Position numbers and translations under genes: made by a program | Source of the DNA: a virus | Reading direction: 5' to 3' (one strand) | Virus record (IMG/VR): IMGVR_UViG_3300007345_000010 | Length of the DNA stretch: 42,307 nt | In this document: in pieces, positions 1-8,011 of the stretch | Position numbering within the stretch: position 1 is the stretch's first letter | Layout of the letters: each line of letters starts with the position of its first letter | The notes under the pieces: generated by a model | Databases searched by the model: none | The model's input: only the letters and a program-made list of their open reading frames with translations | Told to the model about the DNA's origin: nothing

Positions 1-123
1 GGGTCGAATGTTTGGCGCTGATTGCAGCCAAGCAATAAAACAAAACCCCGCCTAGGCGGGGTTTTATCTATAACACTACAGCTTACACGTGGTCGCGGTA
101 CGCTGCTGAGAACGGATAGCGGA
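1..123. repeat. Terminal direct duplication, copy 1 (identical to 42185-42307); implies a circular or circularly permuted 42,184-bp unit
   Basis: Read directly: both stretches are the same 123-nt string. The boundary cuts through the 3' ends of two convergent genes and their shared terminator, so it is not a natural end. Confidence 0.9.
42..65. terminator. Bidirectional rho-independent terminator between the capsid gene and the secreted-protein gene (second copy at 42226-42249)
   Basis: AAAA-CCCCGC-CTAG-GCGGGG-TTTT hairpin (stem 46-61) with an A-run on one side and a T-run on the other. It lies between a stop at 38 (+) and a stop at 83 (-). Confidence 0.8.
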
Positions 124-1054
124 ACTCGACGCCGCTGATCTTGTACTCGCAGGGTACTTCAACCTTCAGGCCCTTCATCTGCGGGGCCAGTGGGCGCCAC
201 GGAATCGGGTTAACCATGCCGAGGTTTTCCTCGTTCAGCTCGTAGGCCATCATGCGATCGTTGCCGCCAACACCGGCACCTTTCAATTGCAGGCGTGGCG
301 CTACGCGCGGCGCTTGGCCGGTCAAGCTGGTGTAAAGGTTGTTCTTGAGGAAGAACTCCAGCACGGTAGTGTCAGTGCCGGTATCCATGCGCTTAGAGCT
401 GATCTGAGCATAACGGGAGCTATCCAGAACTAGCGTGTTAGGCACATGCACGTTTGCCGAGTCTTCCCAGACTTTAACAAACAGGCCGTTCATATCGGCA
501 ACAATTTCAGCGCCGGTAGCGGTAGCCCAGTTAACGACCGAGTTATCGACAGCTACGTTTGCACTGTTAAACAGGCCGGTCATGCCGCGTTCGCTGTCGC
601 CAAAGTACGCAACGCGCTGGGCATGCTCTTGGCTACCACGGAAAGCAGTGCGAGCCTTGGTGGTATCCAGCGGGATACGCATTTGCTGAGACTTGCGCAG
701 TTCGTCCAAGGTGTAGCTGTAGCGGTTGCCAGCGTAGCCCAGCGGCACGCTGGTCTTGGTGGCATTCAGCGACACATCCGGCAGATCGTCAGCGCTTGCG
801 CCAATGAACTTGCCAAGGGTTACGGCGTCATAGCTGATATAGTCCCAGCTATCGGCCCATTCCGGCACGTTAGTGTTAACCGGCACCAGCTCGGCAAAGT
901 TAATGTTGGTGTACTTGGATTCATAAACGGTCGATTCCAAGCTGGCCAGCTGGCTGTTATAGAATGCTAAGCCGTCATCCACGGTCGGCAGTCCGTCCAT
1001 AAAGGCAACGGTGCGCGCTTCATCAAGGGCCACGGTGATTTTATTACGCTGCAT
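83..1054 (-). CDS. Major capsid protein (DUF2184/HK97-fold-type pattern)
   Basis: 323-aa ORF, last gene of the head block after the scaffold and cement-like genes. The sequence pattern resembles the DUF2184 capsid family (recognition by eye, not searched). Confidence 0.8.
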   Translation of the reverse strand: MQRNKITVALDEARTVAFMDGLPTVDDGLAFYNSQLASLESTVYESKYTNINFAELVPVNTNVPEWADSWDYISYDAVTLGKFIGASADDLPDVSLNATKTSVPLGYAGNRYSYTLDELRKSQQMRIPLDTTKARTAFRGSQEHAQRVAYFGDSERGMTGLFNSANVAVDNSVVNWATATGAEIVADMNGLFVKVWEDSANVHVPNTLVLDSSRYAQISSKRMDTGTDTTVLEFFLKNNLYTSLTGQAPRVAPRLQLKGAGVGGNDRMMAYELNEENLGMVNPIPWRPLAPQMKGLKVEVPCEYKISGVEFRYPFSAAYRDHV

Positions 1055-1055
1055 G

Positions 1056-1550
1056 TTAGCCTCCGATGTTCAGCGAAATTTTAGCCAGAGCGCCAGCGCC
1101 AGCCGAGGAAGTCCACTTAGCGTCAGGAATCAGCACGGCCAGAGTCGCGCCAGCGCCTACGACGTTAGAGAACTCGCCCTGATTGGTGCCGGTGCCGTCG
1201 CTAACTACCAGATAAACCGGCTGATCTTTGGTCACAGCTACGCGAGCAGTTACCCAGATCTCACCGGAAGTCAGCACGCTGAAATCGCGCTTGGCTTGAG
1301 CGCCAAAGGTTTCGCCGCCAGCGTAAGCGCGGTTCAGTTCGCGCACTGCAACGCCTGCAAAGTTGGCAGCGGTAGACGCGGCCACCGGTAGCTTACCGCC
1401 GTTGTCGCCGTCAGACACAACGCCGTAGCCATACGGGATATTATCGGTGCCCTTGTTCAGCTTAGACACAATATTTGAAACTTGGCCACTTGACACCATG
1501 CCACTGTATGCGGCGGCGTGGTCGATGGCATTCCCACCTTGAACAGCCAT
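1056..1550 (-). CDS. Putative head decoration/cement-like structural protein
   Basis: 164 aa, Gly/Ala/Val-rich. It is wedged with 1-nt gaps between the scaffold and capsid genes. The call is based on position. Confidence 0.5.
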   Translation of the reverse strand: MAVQGGNAIDHAAAYSGMVSSGQVSNIVSKLNKGTDNIPYGYGVVSDGDNGGKLPVAASTAANFAGVAVRELNRAYAGGETFGAQAKRDFSVLTSGEIWVTARVAVTKDQPVYLVVSDGTGTNQGEFSNVVGAGATLAVLIPDAKWTSSAGAGALAKISLNIGG

Positions 1551-1551
1551 A

Positions 1552-2673
1552 TCACACCCCCTTATGAGCGTTGGCTAATTTCTGCTTGTAAGCCTCAAAC
1601 GCGCTTGGCTTGGCGTCTTCGGTCTTGGTTACGGTTGCAGCGTCTTGCGCCAGCTGCGCGTGCTGCTGAGAAACAGCGGCGTCGCCGGTTTCCTTTTCGT
1701 CTTCTTCATCTTCGGCCTTTTCCATCTGGGCATCGAAGGCGGCTTCAACGTAAGCGTCTGACTTGTCGGCCCACTCTACCTTGGGGCGAGCTACAGCCAA
1801 AGCTGCGCGCATGATGCCGAGCGGCGAAATGCTGTCGCAAGAAAAGGACTTGCCTGCGATCTTGCGCGCGTTTTCGCTGCACTTGATAACGGCAGCAACG
1901 GCAGACTGAATAGCCTCGTCACTGGTCTTGGCTTTCAGTTCTTCAACTTGCTCTTGTGCTGCGTCAGCGGTCGCTTGGGCTTTGTCTGCCTTCGCTTGCG
2001 CCTCTGCGGCTTGAGCTTTCAGGCGCTCGATAGTGTCAGAAACAAGCGCGGCGGTGGCCTCGTCTTGCACTTCAACCGAACGGCCCGAATCCAAAACGAC
2101 TTTATGGGTCATTGGTTTATCTCCGGGTTTTTGGTCAAAAACGCGAGCACTGGCACCGGCCCTTGCTCTATCTACTAGCGCAACATGGTTGATGCGAATA
2201 TCGCGCTGAATGTAGTCGTATGATTCGCCGTCTTCTGTCGTGCCTGCGACCTTTTCGTAGACGGCGGTGTAACCTGCGGAAAGCTCGCACTTGCCGGACT
2301 CGATAGCGGCGATTGCGTCAGCGTCCTTAACGATTAGGTCAGCCTGCACGAAATCGCCATCTTGACGGCCAGAGCCGCGCACAACGCCTACCGACACCGC
2401 TTTGTAGTTCTTGCTGTTCACAAGCCCTTTCGGGTGATTGATAGTGACGTCTGCGCCTTCGTAGCTGGCGAGTGATGCGGCATCAAATACCTGATCAGGC
2501 GCGCGATAGACGCGGATTATATCGGAAGGCTTGCCATCAAGGCCTAGCTCGCTCGCTAAATATTCCTGAATTCCGGTACGCGCTACGCGACCGGGAACGC
2601 GCAAAAAACCCTCGTCGGTGTATTCCCGACGGGTGACTTGGTAGCTTGCGCGGTCGTAAACGGTTGCTTTCAT
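1552..2673 (-). CDS. Prohead scaffold / protease-like protein (DUF2213-type)
   Basis: 373 aa. A conserved N-terminal region is followed by a coiled-coil (AQAAEAQAKADKAQATADAAQEQVEELKAK) and an acidic stretch (EDEEDEKE). Confidence 0.65.
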   Translation of the reverse strand: MKATVYDRASYQVTRREYTDEGFLRVPGRVARTGIQEYLASELGLDGKPSDIIRVYRAPDQVFDAASLASYEGADVTINHPKGLVNSKNYKAVSVGVVRGSGRQDGDFVQADLIVKDADAIAAIESGKCELSAGYTAVYEKVAGTTEDGESYDYIQRDIRINHVALVDRARAGASARVFDQKPGDKPMTHKVVLDSGRSVEVQDEATAALVSDTIERLKAQAAEAQAKADKAQATADAAQEQVEELKAKTSDEAIQSAVAAVIKCSENARKIAGKSFSCDSISPLGIMRAALAVARPKVEWADKSDAYVEAAFDAQMEKAEDEEDEKETGDAAVSQQHAQLAQDAATVTKTEDAKPSAFEAYKQKLANAHKGV

Positions 2674-2716
2674 TAAATAAGCCTTGGCGTTTGTTAAATG
2701 ATAACCAATATCAACA

Positions 2717-3535
2717 CTATTTGTAAACGCCGACAGCGACCTCGCCGCGCTCTTGGTTGCGCTTTACTTGTCTGGCGCTGATCGGTTTGCTTGTGCATCG
2801 ACAGTTAAAATCTTGCCCCGGCTTGATAGCCTCGCCGTGCTCGCTCGACGGTAGGTTATCCCAGCGGTATATCCCTTTGCCGTACGCTGTCACCTTGTTA
2901 GCGATCTGTTCGTGACGATGGCGCACACGGCTATCGTCCGAGTCAATCCACTGAAAGTATTCAAACCCCGCGCCGCGCTGCTGAAACTCTGCAAAATCAC
3001 CAGCCAGCTTTGCCGACTGGTCGCGCGCGATCATCTTGGCGCGCCGTTCAGCCACGCCAAACTGATCTACCAATAGCGACACAATAGCGCCGGGGCGATT
3101 GCCTGCGCGGGCATTGGTTAGAACGATATTGCCCACGTTATCTAGGTACTGGGCTGATATAGATGTGATTAGCTGCGCGTTCTGCTGTGTAGCCGCCTTG
3201 CTGTATTCCTGCAAATTGACGTTGCCGGTAAAAACGTCGATACCGGCCTGCTTTTTTAGGTCGCGCACCGACTTGGTTAGCGAGGTTTTTACCACTTCTC
3301 CGGCCAGCTGGACGGAAAACGCTTTAACCGCTGGCGAGTCAACCCACTTAGCGCGCAGCGCATTAAGCGCAATAAGCAGGGCATCAGCCCAGCCGTCGAA
3401 GGTTGGCGCGGCGTCCTGCACATATTCCGGCGCATACTGACGCAAGACTGGCACAAGCTGCGCATCAATGTCCTTTTTGATCATGCGCAGCATGCGCTGT
3501 AGCTTGGCGTTATACGTTACCGATATCGCGGTCAT
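2717..3535 (-). CDS. Minor head protein, SPP1 gp7 / Mu F-like
   Basis: 272 aa with a C-terminal FNCRCT-type motif typical of the Mu F family. It overlaps the portal 3' end by 26 nt. Confidence 0.7.
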   Translation of the reverse strand: MTAISVTYNAKLQRMLRMIKKDIDAQLVPVLRQYAPEYVQDAAPTFDGWADALLIALNALRAKWVDSPAVKAFSVQLAGEVVKTSLTKSVRDLKKQAGIDVFTGNVNLQEYSKAATQQNAQLITSISAQYLDNVGNIVLTNARAGNRPGAIVSLLVDQFGVAERRAKMIARDQSAKLAGDFAEFQQRGAGFEYFQWIDSDDSRVRHRHEQIANKVTAYGKGIYRWDNLPSSEHGEAIKPGQDFNCRCTSKPISARQVKRNQERGEVAVGVYK

Positions 3536-4817
3536 CTTCGCCGTCCAAGTCTAAAAGCGGGTCTTCCGACTTCTCTAGCGCCTCGATATCGCTGTCGTCA
3601 AACTGGTATAGCTCCTCTCCTTGCAAGCGCCGCTGCACTTGGCTGATAGTAACCACGCCCGAGTCAAGGTAGATAACGTCGGTTTCTGCCTTGGCCTTGT
3701 TCGCTGCCGCCACCTCTTGCGCGCTAGGCTGGTTAAACGGGTTCCAGATGTAATTGTAAAGCTCCGGAAACTCGCCAAGCGCTGAGCGAACCATAACCTC
3801 GTCGATCATGCGCAAAGCCGGGTCTACTTGAAGCTGGCGCTTGCTGCTTAGCGAGTTGTAGTAGTTGGTCAAGTCGCCTTCGCCAGTGGCGTTCAAGCCT
3901 TTAGCTGAGGTGCCGAAAAGGCGCGTCACCGGAATATCAGCCGCGCCACTAATCCAAGTCATCAAGGTTTCAAACACTGGCGACACGCCGCTAAGGTTTA
4001 GCGTGTTCCGCTGGTAGTCTTCATCGCCATCCAGTAGTGCCATATTGATAATGCTTTTCATTTGCGAGAAAAGCGCATAGCGCTGCTGGATTAGCTCGTC
4101 TTCACCGCTGGCTAGTTCATTAGCCAAGTTTTGACGCTTGATAACGTCCACGTTGGCTTCTTGCATTAGCTCCGCAATCCCGTCCTTGCTGGCGACGATA
4201 TCCATGATGTCATCCATGCACTTGCGCAGCTCAGAGTCACCCCAGCCTTGCGTTTGCGCACGCTGGCGGCGTGGCAACTTAGCGCCGTTAAAGCGCGCAA
4301 TGTGCGACCAATGCACGCGCTGCGAGCCGCCGTTAATAGTATAGAACTCGGGCAGCATGTAGTTTGCCGCCAGAATATTTGTCGTGTTCAGGTTTAGCGG
4401 GCCGAGTTCGAAACGATCGAGCGTCAAAAGCCGTTGCAGGCTTCCGCGCTTCACCTTGTTCATGTTTAGCGGCTTATCTAGCGGCTGGTCGGTCAGCATA
4501 AGAATTGCGCCGCCGCCATACAGACGCGCCCAGCTAACCGCCTCTGCTACTGCCGCCTGTAGCTGAATTTTATCCTCGTAGGCGCGCACATCGTCTGCGC
4601 CGTCCAATTTGATCGTACGCCACTCGCGTGTCATGTCCTCCGCTGGGGCGTCCACTATCTGGCGTGCAAGCCAGTTTGTTTGATAGGCCGCATCTAGCTG
4701 CTGGAAGTCGTTAAGCACGCCAAAGGTAAAAATGTTATGCGTGCGCTTAGCTTTGTCTGTGCCAAGTCCTGACACGACATTAGCTAAGCCGTCTAGGGTT
4801 TTGTTTCGGTCGGTCAT
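3510..4817 (-). CDS. Portal protein (DUF1073-type)
   Basis: 435 aa, between the terminase and MuF-like genes. The N-terminal LDGLANVVSGLGTDKAKR pattern and acidic C-terminus are typical of this portal family. Confidence 0.75.
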   Translation of the reverse strand: MTDRNKTLDGLANVVSGLGTDKAKRTHNIFTFGVLNDFQQLDAAYQTNWLARQIVDAPAEDMTREWRTIKLDGADDVRAYEDKIQLQAAVAEAVSWARLYGGGAILMLTDQPLDKPLNMNKVKRGSLQRLLTLDRFELGPLNLNTTNILAANYMLPEFYTINGGSQRVHWSHIARFNGAKLPRRQRAQTQGWGDSELRKCMDDIMDIVASKDGIAELMQEANVDVIKRQNLANELASGEDELIQQRYALFSQMKSIINMALLDGDEDYQRNTLNLSGVSPVFETLMTWISGAADIPVTRLFGTSAKGLNATGEGDLTNYYNSLSSKRQLQVDPALRMIDEVMVRSALGEFPELYNYIWNPFNQPSAQEVAAANKAKAETDVIYLDSGVVTISQVQRRLQGEELYQFDDSDIEALEKSEDPLLDLDGEDDRDIGNV

Positions 4818-4844
4818 GGTCTTAGCCCTGAATGATATTCGTTA

Positions 4845-6068
4845 TCATAGCATGTCGCGCAGACTCTTGGAGTACCGCATCTGGATAGCCTTGTCCAAGG
4901 CGTAACGGATAGCGTCAATGTAGTGGTTATTTGCGTCAACAATGGCCGGAAGAATATCCTTTGTCAGCCTGTCAACCTTGTAGCTGTAGTCGGTAAACTC
5001 CTGCGCCACCGGCCTGCATCTTTCGTGAACTACTATCTCGTCGAATGACTTCATAAAAGATATTCCGTCTTCTACGCTGCCTTTCCATTTCTTAACGGCG
5101 GCAATAAAGGGCAGACCGTTACGGCGAAGATAGCTAATAGACTCAGGGCGTGCGCTGTCTGCGCGTATCACCGTCTTTTTTGCGCTTGGGATTTTGGCGC
5201 AAATAAAAGTAGCCGTATCGTCAAGCTCTAGGCCTACCTTTCCAGCACACCGGCTAACGTACAGCTTGCGGTCGTGAATGAAGCACTCGACGGCTGCGGT
5301 AGGGTCTTGGCTGAACCCGAAGTCCAGACCGTTGTAAGGCCCATCCCAGTCGCTTTGCGGCTCAAACTCGCCGGTGCGCCACTTACCCTTAAATACCTGC
5401 GCGTCGCTGTGCTCAAGGTATGCGCCTTCCCATACGTGCGCGTATTCCTCTGGCGACATGCGGTCACGGTCGCCTAGTCGCTGTTCGTTAAGTACGTCAG
5501 GGAACCACGGGTTGTCGCTGTAGTTCATCTCGACGATGCAGGCACGCTCGGCTTGGCTCTGCCTAAATCGCGCGTCTACCGGGCTGCCTTTTCGCTTCGG
5601 GTTCCAGATCACCCACACTTCTGACTTTGGCGCGCGAATCGTCGGCAGCAGCTCAATCCAAGCGTGCTCAGGCACATCCTCGGCTTCCTCGATAATACAA
5701 AGGTCAACCTGTGCGGTTGACTTAACGCTGCTTGTATTGTGGCGCAAGCCTTTGAACAGAAAGTCCGTGCCGTTCTTGCCGCGTATGTAGTCTACGCCAA
5801 CCTCATAAGCAGCCTCTAGCCAAGGCTCTGACGCGATGGCGTTTTTTAGCTCGGCGTGGAAAGACTCTTTGATGCTGCCCTGAAACTCACGCACACAAAG
5901 AATGCGCAGCGGCTCGACAATCCCCCAGACAGCCGCCATCTTGGCAAAAGAAAACGACTTGGCGGAGCCTCGCCCACCGTATGCGCAGCGATATCGCAGC
6001 TCGCCACGCGGTTTGCTGAATACCTTAAGCAGCTTTGGCGGCAGGCGTACCTTAACCTTCGTCGTCAT
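4845..6068 (-). CDS. terL: Terminase large subunit (PBSX/Terminase_3-like)
   Basis: 407 aa with an N-terminal Walker A-like GGRGSAKS and a C-terminal nuclease half. It sits directly upstream of the portal gene. Confidence 0.85.
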   Translation of the reverse strand: MTTKVKVRLPPKLLKVFSKPRGELRYRCAYGGRGSAKSFSFAKMAAVWGIVEPLRILCVREFQGSIKESFHAELKNAIASEPWLEAAYEVGVDYIRGKNGTDFLFKGLRHNTSSVKSTAQVDLCIIEEAEDVPEHAWIELLPTIRAPKSEVWVIWNPKRKGSPVDARFRQSQAERACIVEMNYSDNPWFPDVLNEQRLGDRDRMSPEEYAHVWEGAYLEHSDAQVFKGKWRTGEFEPQSDWDGPYNGLDFGFSQDPTAAVECFIHDRKLYVSRCAGKVGLELDDTATFICAKIPSAKKTVIRADSARPESISYLRRNGLPFIAAVKKWKGSVEDGISFMKSFDEIVVHERCRPVAQEFTDYSYKVDRLTKDILPAIVDANNHYIDAIRYALDKAIQMRYSKSLRDML

Positions 6069-6498
6069 CGTCTGGGCCGCACAGCGTAATAATGCTAGGC
6101 GTCATACTCCCATCACTAGACACATGGTCGATTACCTGCTTATCAAGCCCCATTAGCTTAGCTTGCCCCATTACGGCAGACACGCCTGCGGCAACCTGTG
6201 GGCGCTCGCCGCCTAGACTGGTTTCGTAAAGAACCTCCAGCTTGTCGTAAAGCTCTTTCGCTGTGACTTTGAATTCTTCCACAAGAATCCCCTTTAATTC
6301 GTCCATATACTTGATCGTTTCGGGGTGATGCAGCTCGCGGGAGGCGTTAACCGCCATCCAAGGGGCAACCTCTGCGTGCCCTCTAACCTGTGCCCATATC
6401 TCGTCCGCGCGCTTGCCGGGTGCCATGATCATCTGCCGAGCGAATTCCCAGCGGCGCTGCTGGGCTGGCTTGCGGTCAGGCTTTAGCGCTGCTGGCAT
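6052..6498 (-). CDS. terS: Terminase small subunit (putative)
   Basis: 148 aa. It overlaps the terL start by 17 nt and has an acidic tail (DDDDEG). The call rests on position plus weak family resemblance. Confidence 0.55.
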   Translation of the reverse strand: MPAALKPDRKPAQQRRWEFARQMIMAPGKRADEIWAQVRGHAEVAPWMAVNASRELHHPETIKYMDELKGILVEEFKVTAKELYDKLEVLYETSLGGERPQVAAGVSAVMGQAKLMGLDKQVIDHVSSDGSMTPSIITLCGPDDDDEG

Positions 6499-6814
6499 AA
6501 TGCCGCACCAATTCAGGAATGCGCGTAGCGGCGAAAAGCACTATGCCGCCGTGAGTGATAACGCCGCCGATGTTTGGCGAATAGCCTTGGGCAATGTCCA
6601 TTAGAAGCCAGAACGCGCCAGCGGCCAGCATCATGAAAGATATAGACTCGGCAGGCTTATCCCAGAACATCACGGCACGCAGATAGTCCAAGCTGCCAAC
6701 AATGATGGCTAGGCAGAAAAGCGACTCAACCAGCATTATAAGCGTCAGCCCGCCAAAGGTCGCCCCGGCAAATGCGCCACCAAAGAAAAAACCAACGACA
6801 GAAATCGCGCTCAT
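6476..6814 (-). CDS. Membrane protein, about four hydrophobic helices
   Basis: 112-aa hydrophobic ORF with a 4-nt overlap with the upstream gene and a 23-nt overlap with terS. Confidence 0.6.
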   Translation of the reverse strand: MSAISVVGFFFGGAFAGATFGGLTLIMLVESLFCLAIIVGSLDYLRAVMFWDKPAESISFMMLAAGAFWLLMDIAQGYSPNIGGVITHGGIVLFAATRIPELVRHYASSAKA

Positions 6815-7140
6815 TTGTTAAACCCGCGTTCACCCAACAGCGCGATGGCCTGCCGCAGAGCCGGGATAATGTTCATTGCTAAAAGGCCGATAAGGAAGGC
6901 TACGCCATACTCTGACGCGCTATCTGTTGGCAGCGCGAAGTGAGCGATGGCTAGAGGCGTTGTAAAAATAGAGCACGAAAACCCAACCAAAACAGCGGCG
7001 GTCGCTTGCTTTCTGGTCAGGTCTTTAAGGAAAGTTAGCGACAGGATAGCGCCGACAAAACCGGCAAAGGCTGACAAATACTTGGCTGCAATGGCCGTGC
7101 CTGCGGTCTCTATGGGCATTGGTAAGCGCTCGTTAAACAT
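6811..7140 (-). CDS. Membrane protein, about three hydrophobic helices (holin-like topology)
   Basis: 109 aa, first gene of the packaging/head operon, with hydrophobic segments and a basic C-terminus. The start codon is uncertain because no clear SD is present. Confidence 0.5.
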   Translation of the reverse strand: MFNERLPMPIETAGTAIAAKYLSAFAGFVGAILSLTFLKDLTRKQATAAVLVGFSCSIFTTPLAIAHFALPTDSASEYGVAFLIGLLAMNIIPALRQAIALLGERGFNK

Positions 7141-7200
7141 AACGGTATTATGCCAGATTATACCGAATGCAGGCGATGATGGCGAATTGAGAGCAAAAAG

Positions 7201-7223
7201 AAACCCGCCGTAGCGGGTTTTTT
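7201..7223. terminator. Rho-independent terminator ending the GX-repeat cassette
   Basis: AAACCCGC-CGTA-GCGGGTTT hairpin with T-runs on both strands, 4 nt after the stop at 7227. Confidence 0.8.
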
Positions 7224-7226
7224 ATT

Positions 7227-7460
7227 TTAGCCGTCGCCGTCGCCGTAGCCGTAGCCGGAGCCGTAGCCGTAGCCAGAGCCAGAGCCGTAGCCGGAGCCGT
7301 CGCCGTAGCCGTAGCCGGAGCCGTCGCCGTAGCCGTAGCCAGAGCCAGAGCCAGAGCCAGAGCCGTAGCCGGAGCCGTCGCCGTCGCCGTAGCCGGAGCC
7401 GTCGCCGGAGCCAGAGCCGTAGCCGTCGCCGTCGACTACAGGCTTATTCAGCTTTGACAT
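7227..7460 (-). CDS. Strictly alternating (X-Gly)34 repeat protein (X = Ser13, Tyr12, Asp9) with a 9-aa N-terminal head MSKLNKPVV
   Basis: ATG at 7460 is preceded by GAGGG 8 nt upstream. The ORF is 77 aa and every Gly codon in the tract is GGC. A terminator follows immediately. Confidence 0.7.
   Translation of the reverse strand: MSKLNKPVVDGDGYGSGSGDGSGYGDGDGSGYGSGSGSGSGYGYGDGSGYGYGDGSGYGSGSGYGYGSGYGYGDGDG
7230..7433. repeat. 204-nt hexamer-periodic tandem repeat (GCC-NNN)n underlying the GX protein
   Basis: Plus-strand units are gccgta, gccgtc, gccgga and gccaga only. Longer units such as gccgtagccggagccgtcgccgtagccgtagcc recur. Confidence 0.9.
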
Positions 7461-7833
7461 TTTTAGCGCCCTCAATGCTTTTGATTGCCTTATCGCTGCA
7501 AGGAATTAGCTCGATAGCTTCAAGCCACACACTTTCTACAGCCTCGGCGATCTTGCTTTGATCGTGCTTAATGCCGTGATTTGCGACAGCGCTTAAGCTG
7601 ATTGACTCTGATGCGTGCCAGCGCCACATACGGCGCGCGTTAATCACAATTACTTCGTTGCCTGATTTTTGTGCGATCTCGCCAAACCACACGCCAGCGG
7701 AATAGGTGCGCACAATGCATTTGCGGCCCACCATTGCGCTAAGACCTGCCTCAGTGACCTGTGCCTGCGCACCGCTAAACATTGCGGCGATCTGCTTTAA
7801 CTCGCCGAAAGTTAGATTATCAATATTGCTCAT
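7444..7833 (-). CDS. Hypothetical protein, first gene of the GX cassette
   Basis: 129 aa with a GGGAGG RBS. It contains a ...RTYSAGVWFGEI...NARRMWRWH...SLSAVA... pattern I have seen in uncharacterised phage proteins. Confidence 0.75.
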   Translation of the reverse strand: MSNIDNLTFGELKQIAAMFSGAQAQVTEAGLSAMVGRKCIVRTYSAGVWFGEIAQKSGNEVIVINARRMWRWHASESISLSAVANHGIKHDQSKIAEAVESVWLEAIELIPCSDKAIKSIEGAKNVKAE

Positions 7834-7871
7834 TTGCTTTGCCTCCCAAGGCTTTTGTGTTTTGCAAGCGC

Positions 7872-7900
7872 ACTATATGGCGGAAATTTGTTTGGCGCAA
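7872..7900 (-). promoter_or_regulatory. Sigma70-type promoter P1: TTGCGC-N17-TATAGT
   Basis: -35 at 7900..7895 and -10 at 7877..7872, followed by GCGC. It lies directly after terminator 7914-7938 and 39 nt before the ATG at 7833. Confidence 0.65.
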
Positions 7901-7913
7901 GCGTTTTTAACGC

Positions 7914-7938
7914 AAAAAAAGCCCCGCCGAAGCGGGGC
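7914..7938 (-). terminator. Rho-independent terminator of the upstream early operon
   Basis: On the minus strand: GCCCCGC-TTCG-GCGGGGC followed by TTTTTTT. Confidence 0.8.
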
Positions 7939-8011
7939 AAGTGCGCTGGGGAGCGCTATGGGGTAGCAGGCCGTAATTACCGCCACGGCTCGGGCGGGAG
8001 GTGATGGTCAA

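Noticed and set aside
1-123. A genuine direct terminal repeat (fixed genome ends)
   Set aside because: The boundaries fall inside two coding sequences, and the terminase looks like a headful type. An assembly overlap of a circular or permuted genome is more likely, but only end-mapping can settle it.
446-970. Long antisense ORFs inside structural genes (446-970, 29622-30188, 33043-33693, 35085-35636, 38254-38931 and many shorter ones)
   Set aside because: These are typical shadow ORFs of GC-rich coding DNA. They have no RBS, are fully contained in better-supported genes with family-like sequences, and have Arg/Ser/Ala/Pro-rich composition.
83-2673. BPP-1-like podovirus with a diversity-generating retroelement, suggested by the DUF2184-type capsid and cement-like gene
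   Set aside because: There is no reverse transcriptase and no template/variable repeat pair near the fibre gene. The tail module is contractile (sheath, tube, baseplate).
2717-3535. MuF-type polymorphic toxin (MuF N-terminal domain with a C-terminal toxin cargo)
   Set aside because: The protein is only 272 aa and ends right after the MuF core (…NCRCT…). No extra C-terminal domain or downstream immunity-like gene is present.
7230-7433. Possible CRISPR-like or minisatellite non-coding array
   Set aside because: The period is 6 nt with no spacers. The tract is an intact reading frame with an RBS, start, stop and terminator, so it is coding repeat DNA.
7946-8011. Possible small RNA in the structured ~65-nt stretch between the stop at 8012 and terminator 7914-7938 (local hairpins GCGCT-GGGG-AGCGC and CCGT...ACGG)
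   Set aside because: The stems are short, and there is no independent promoter. It is most simply a 3' UTR leading into the terminator.
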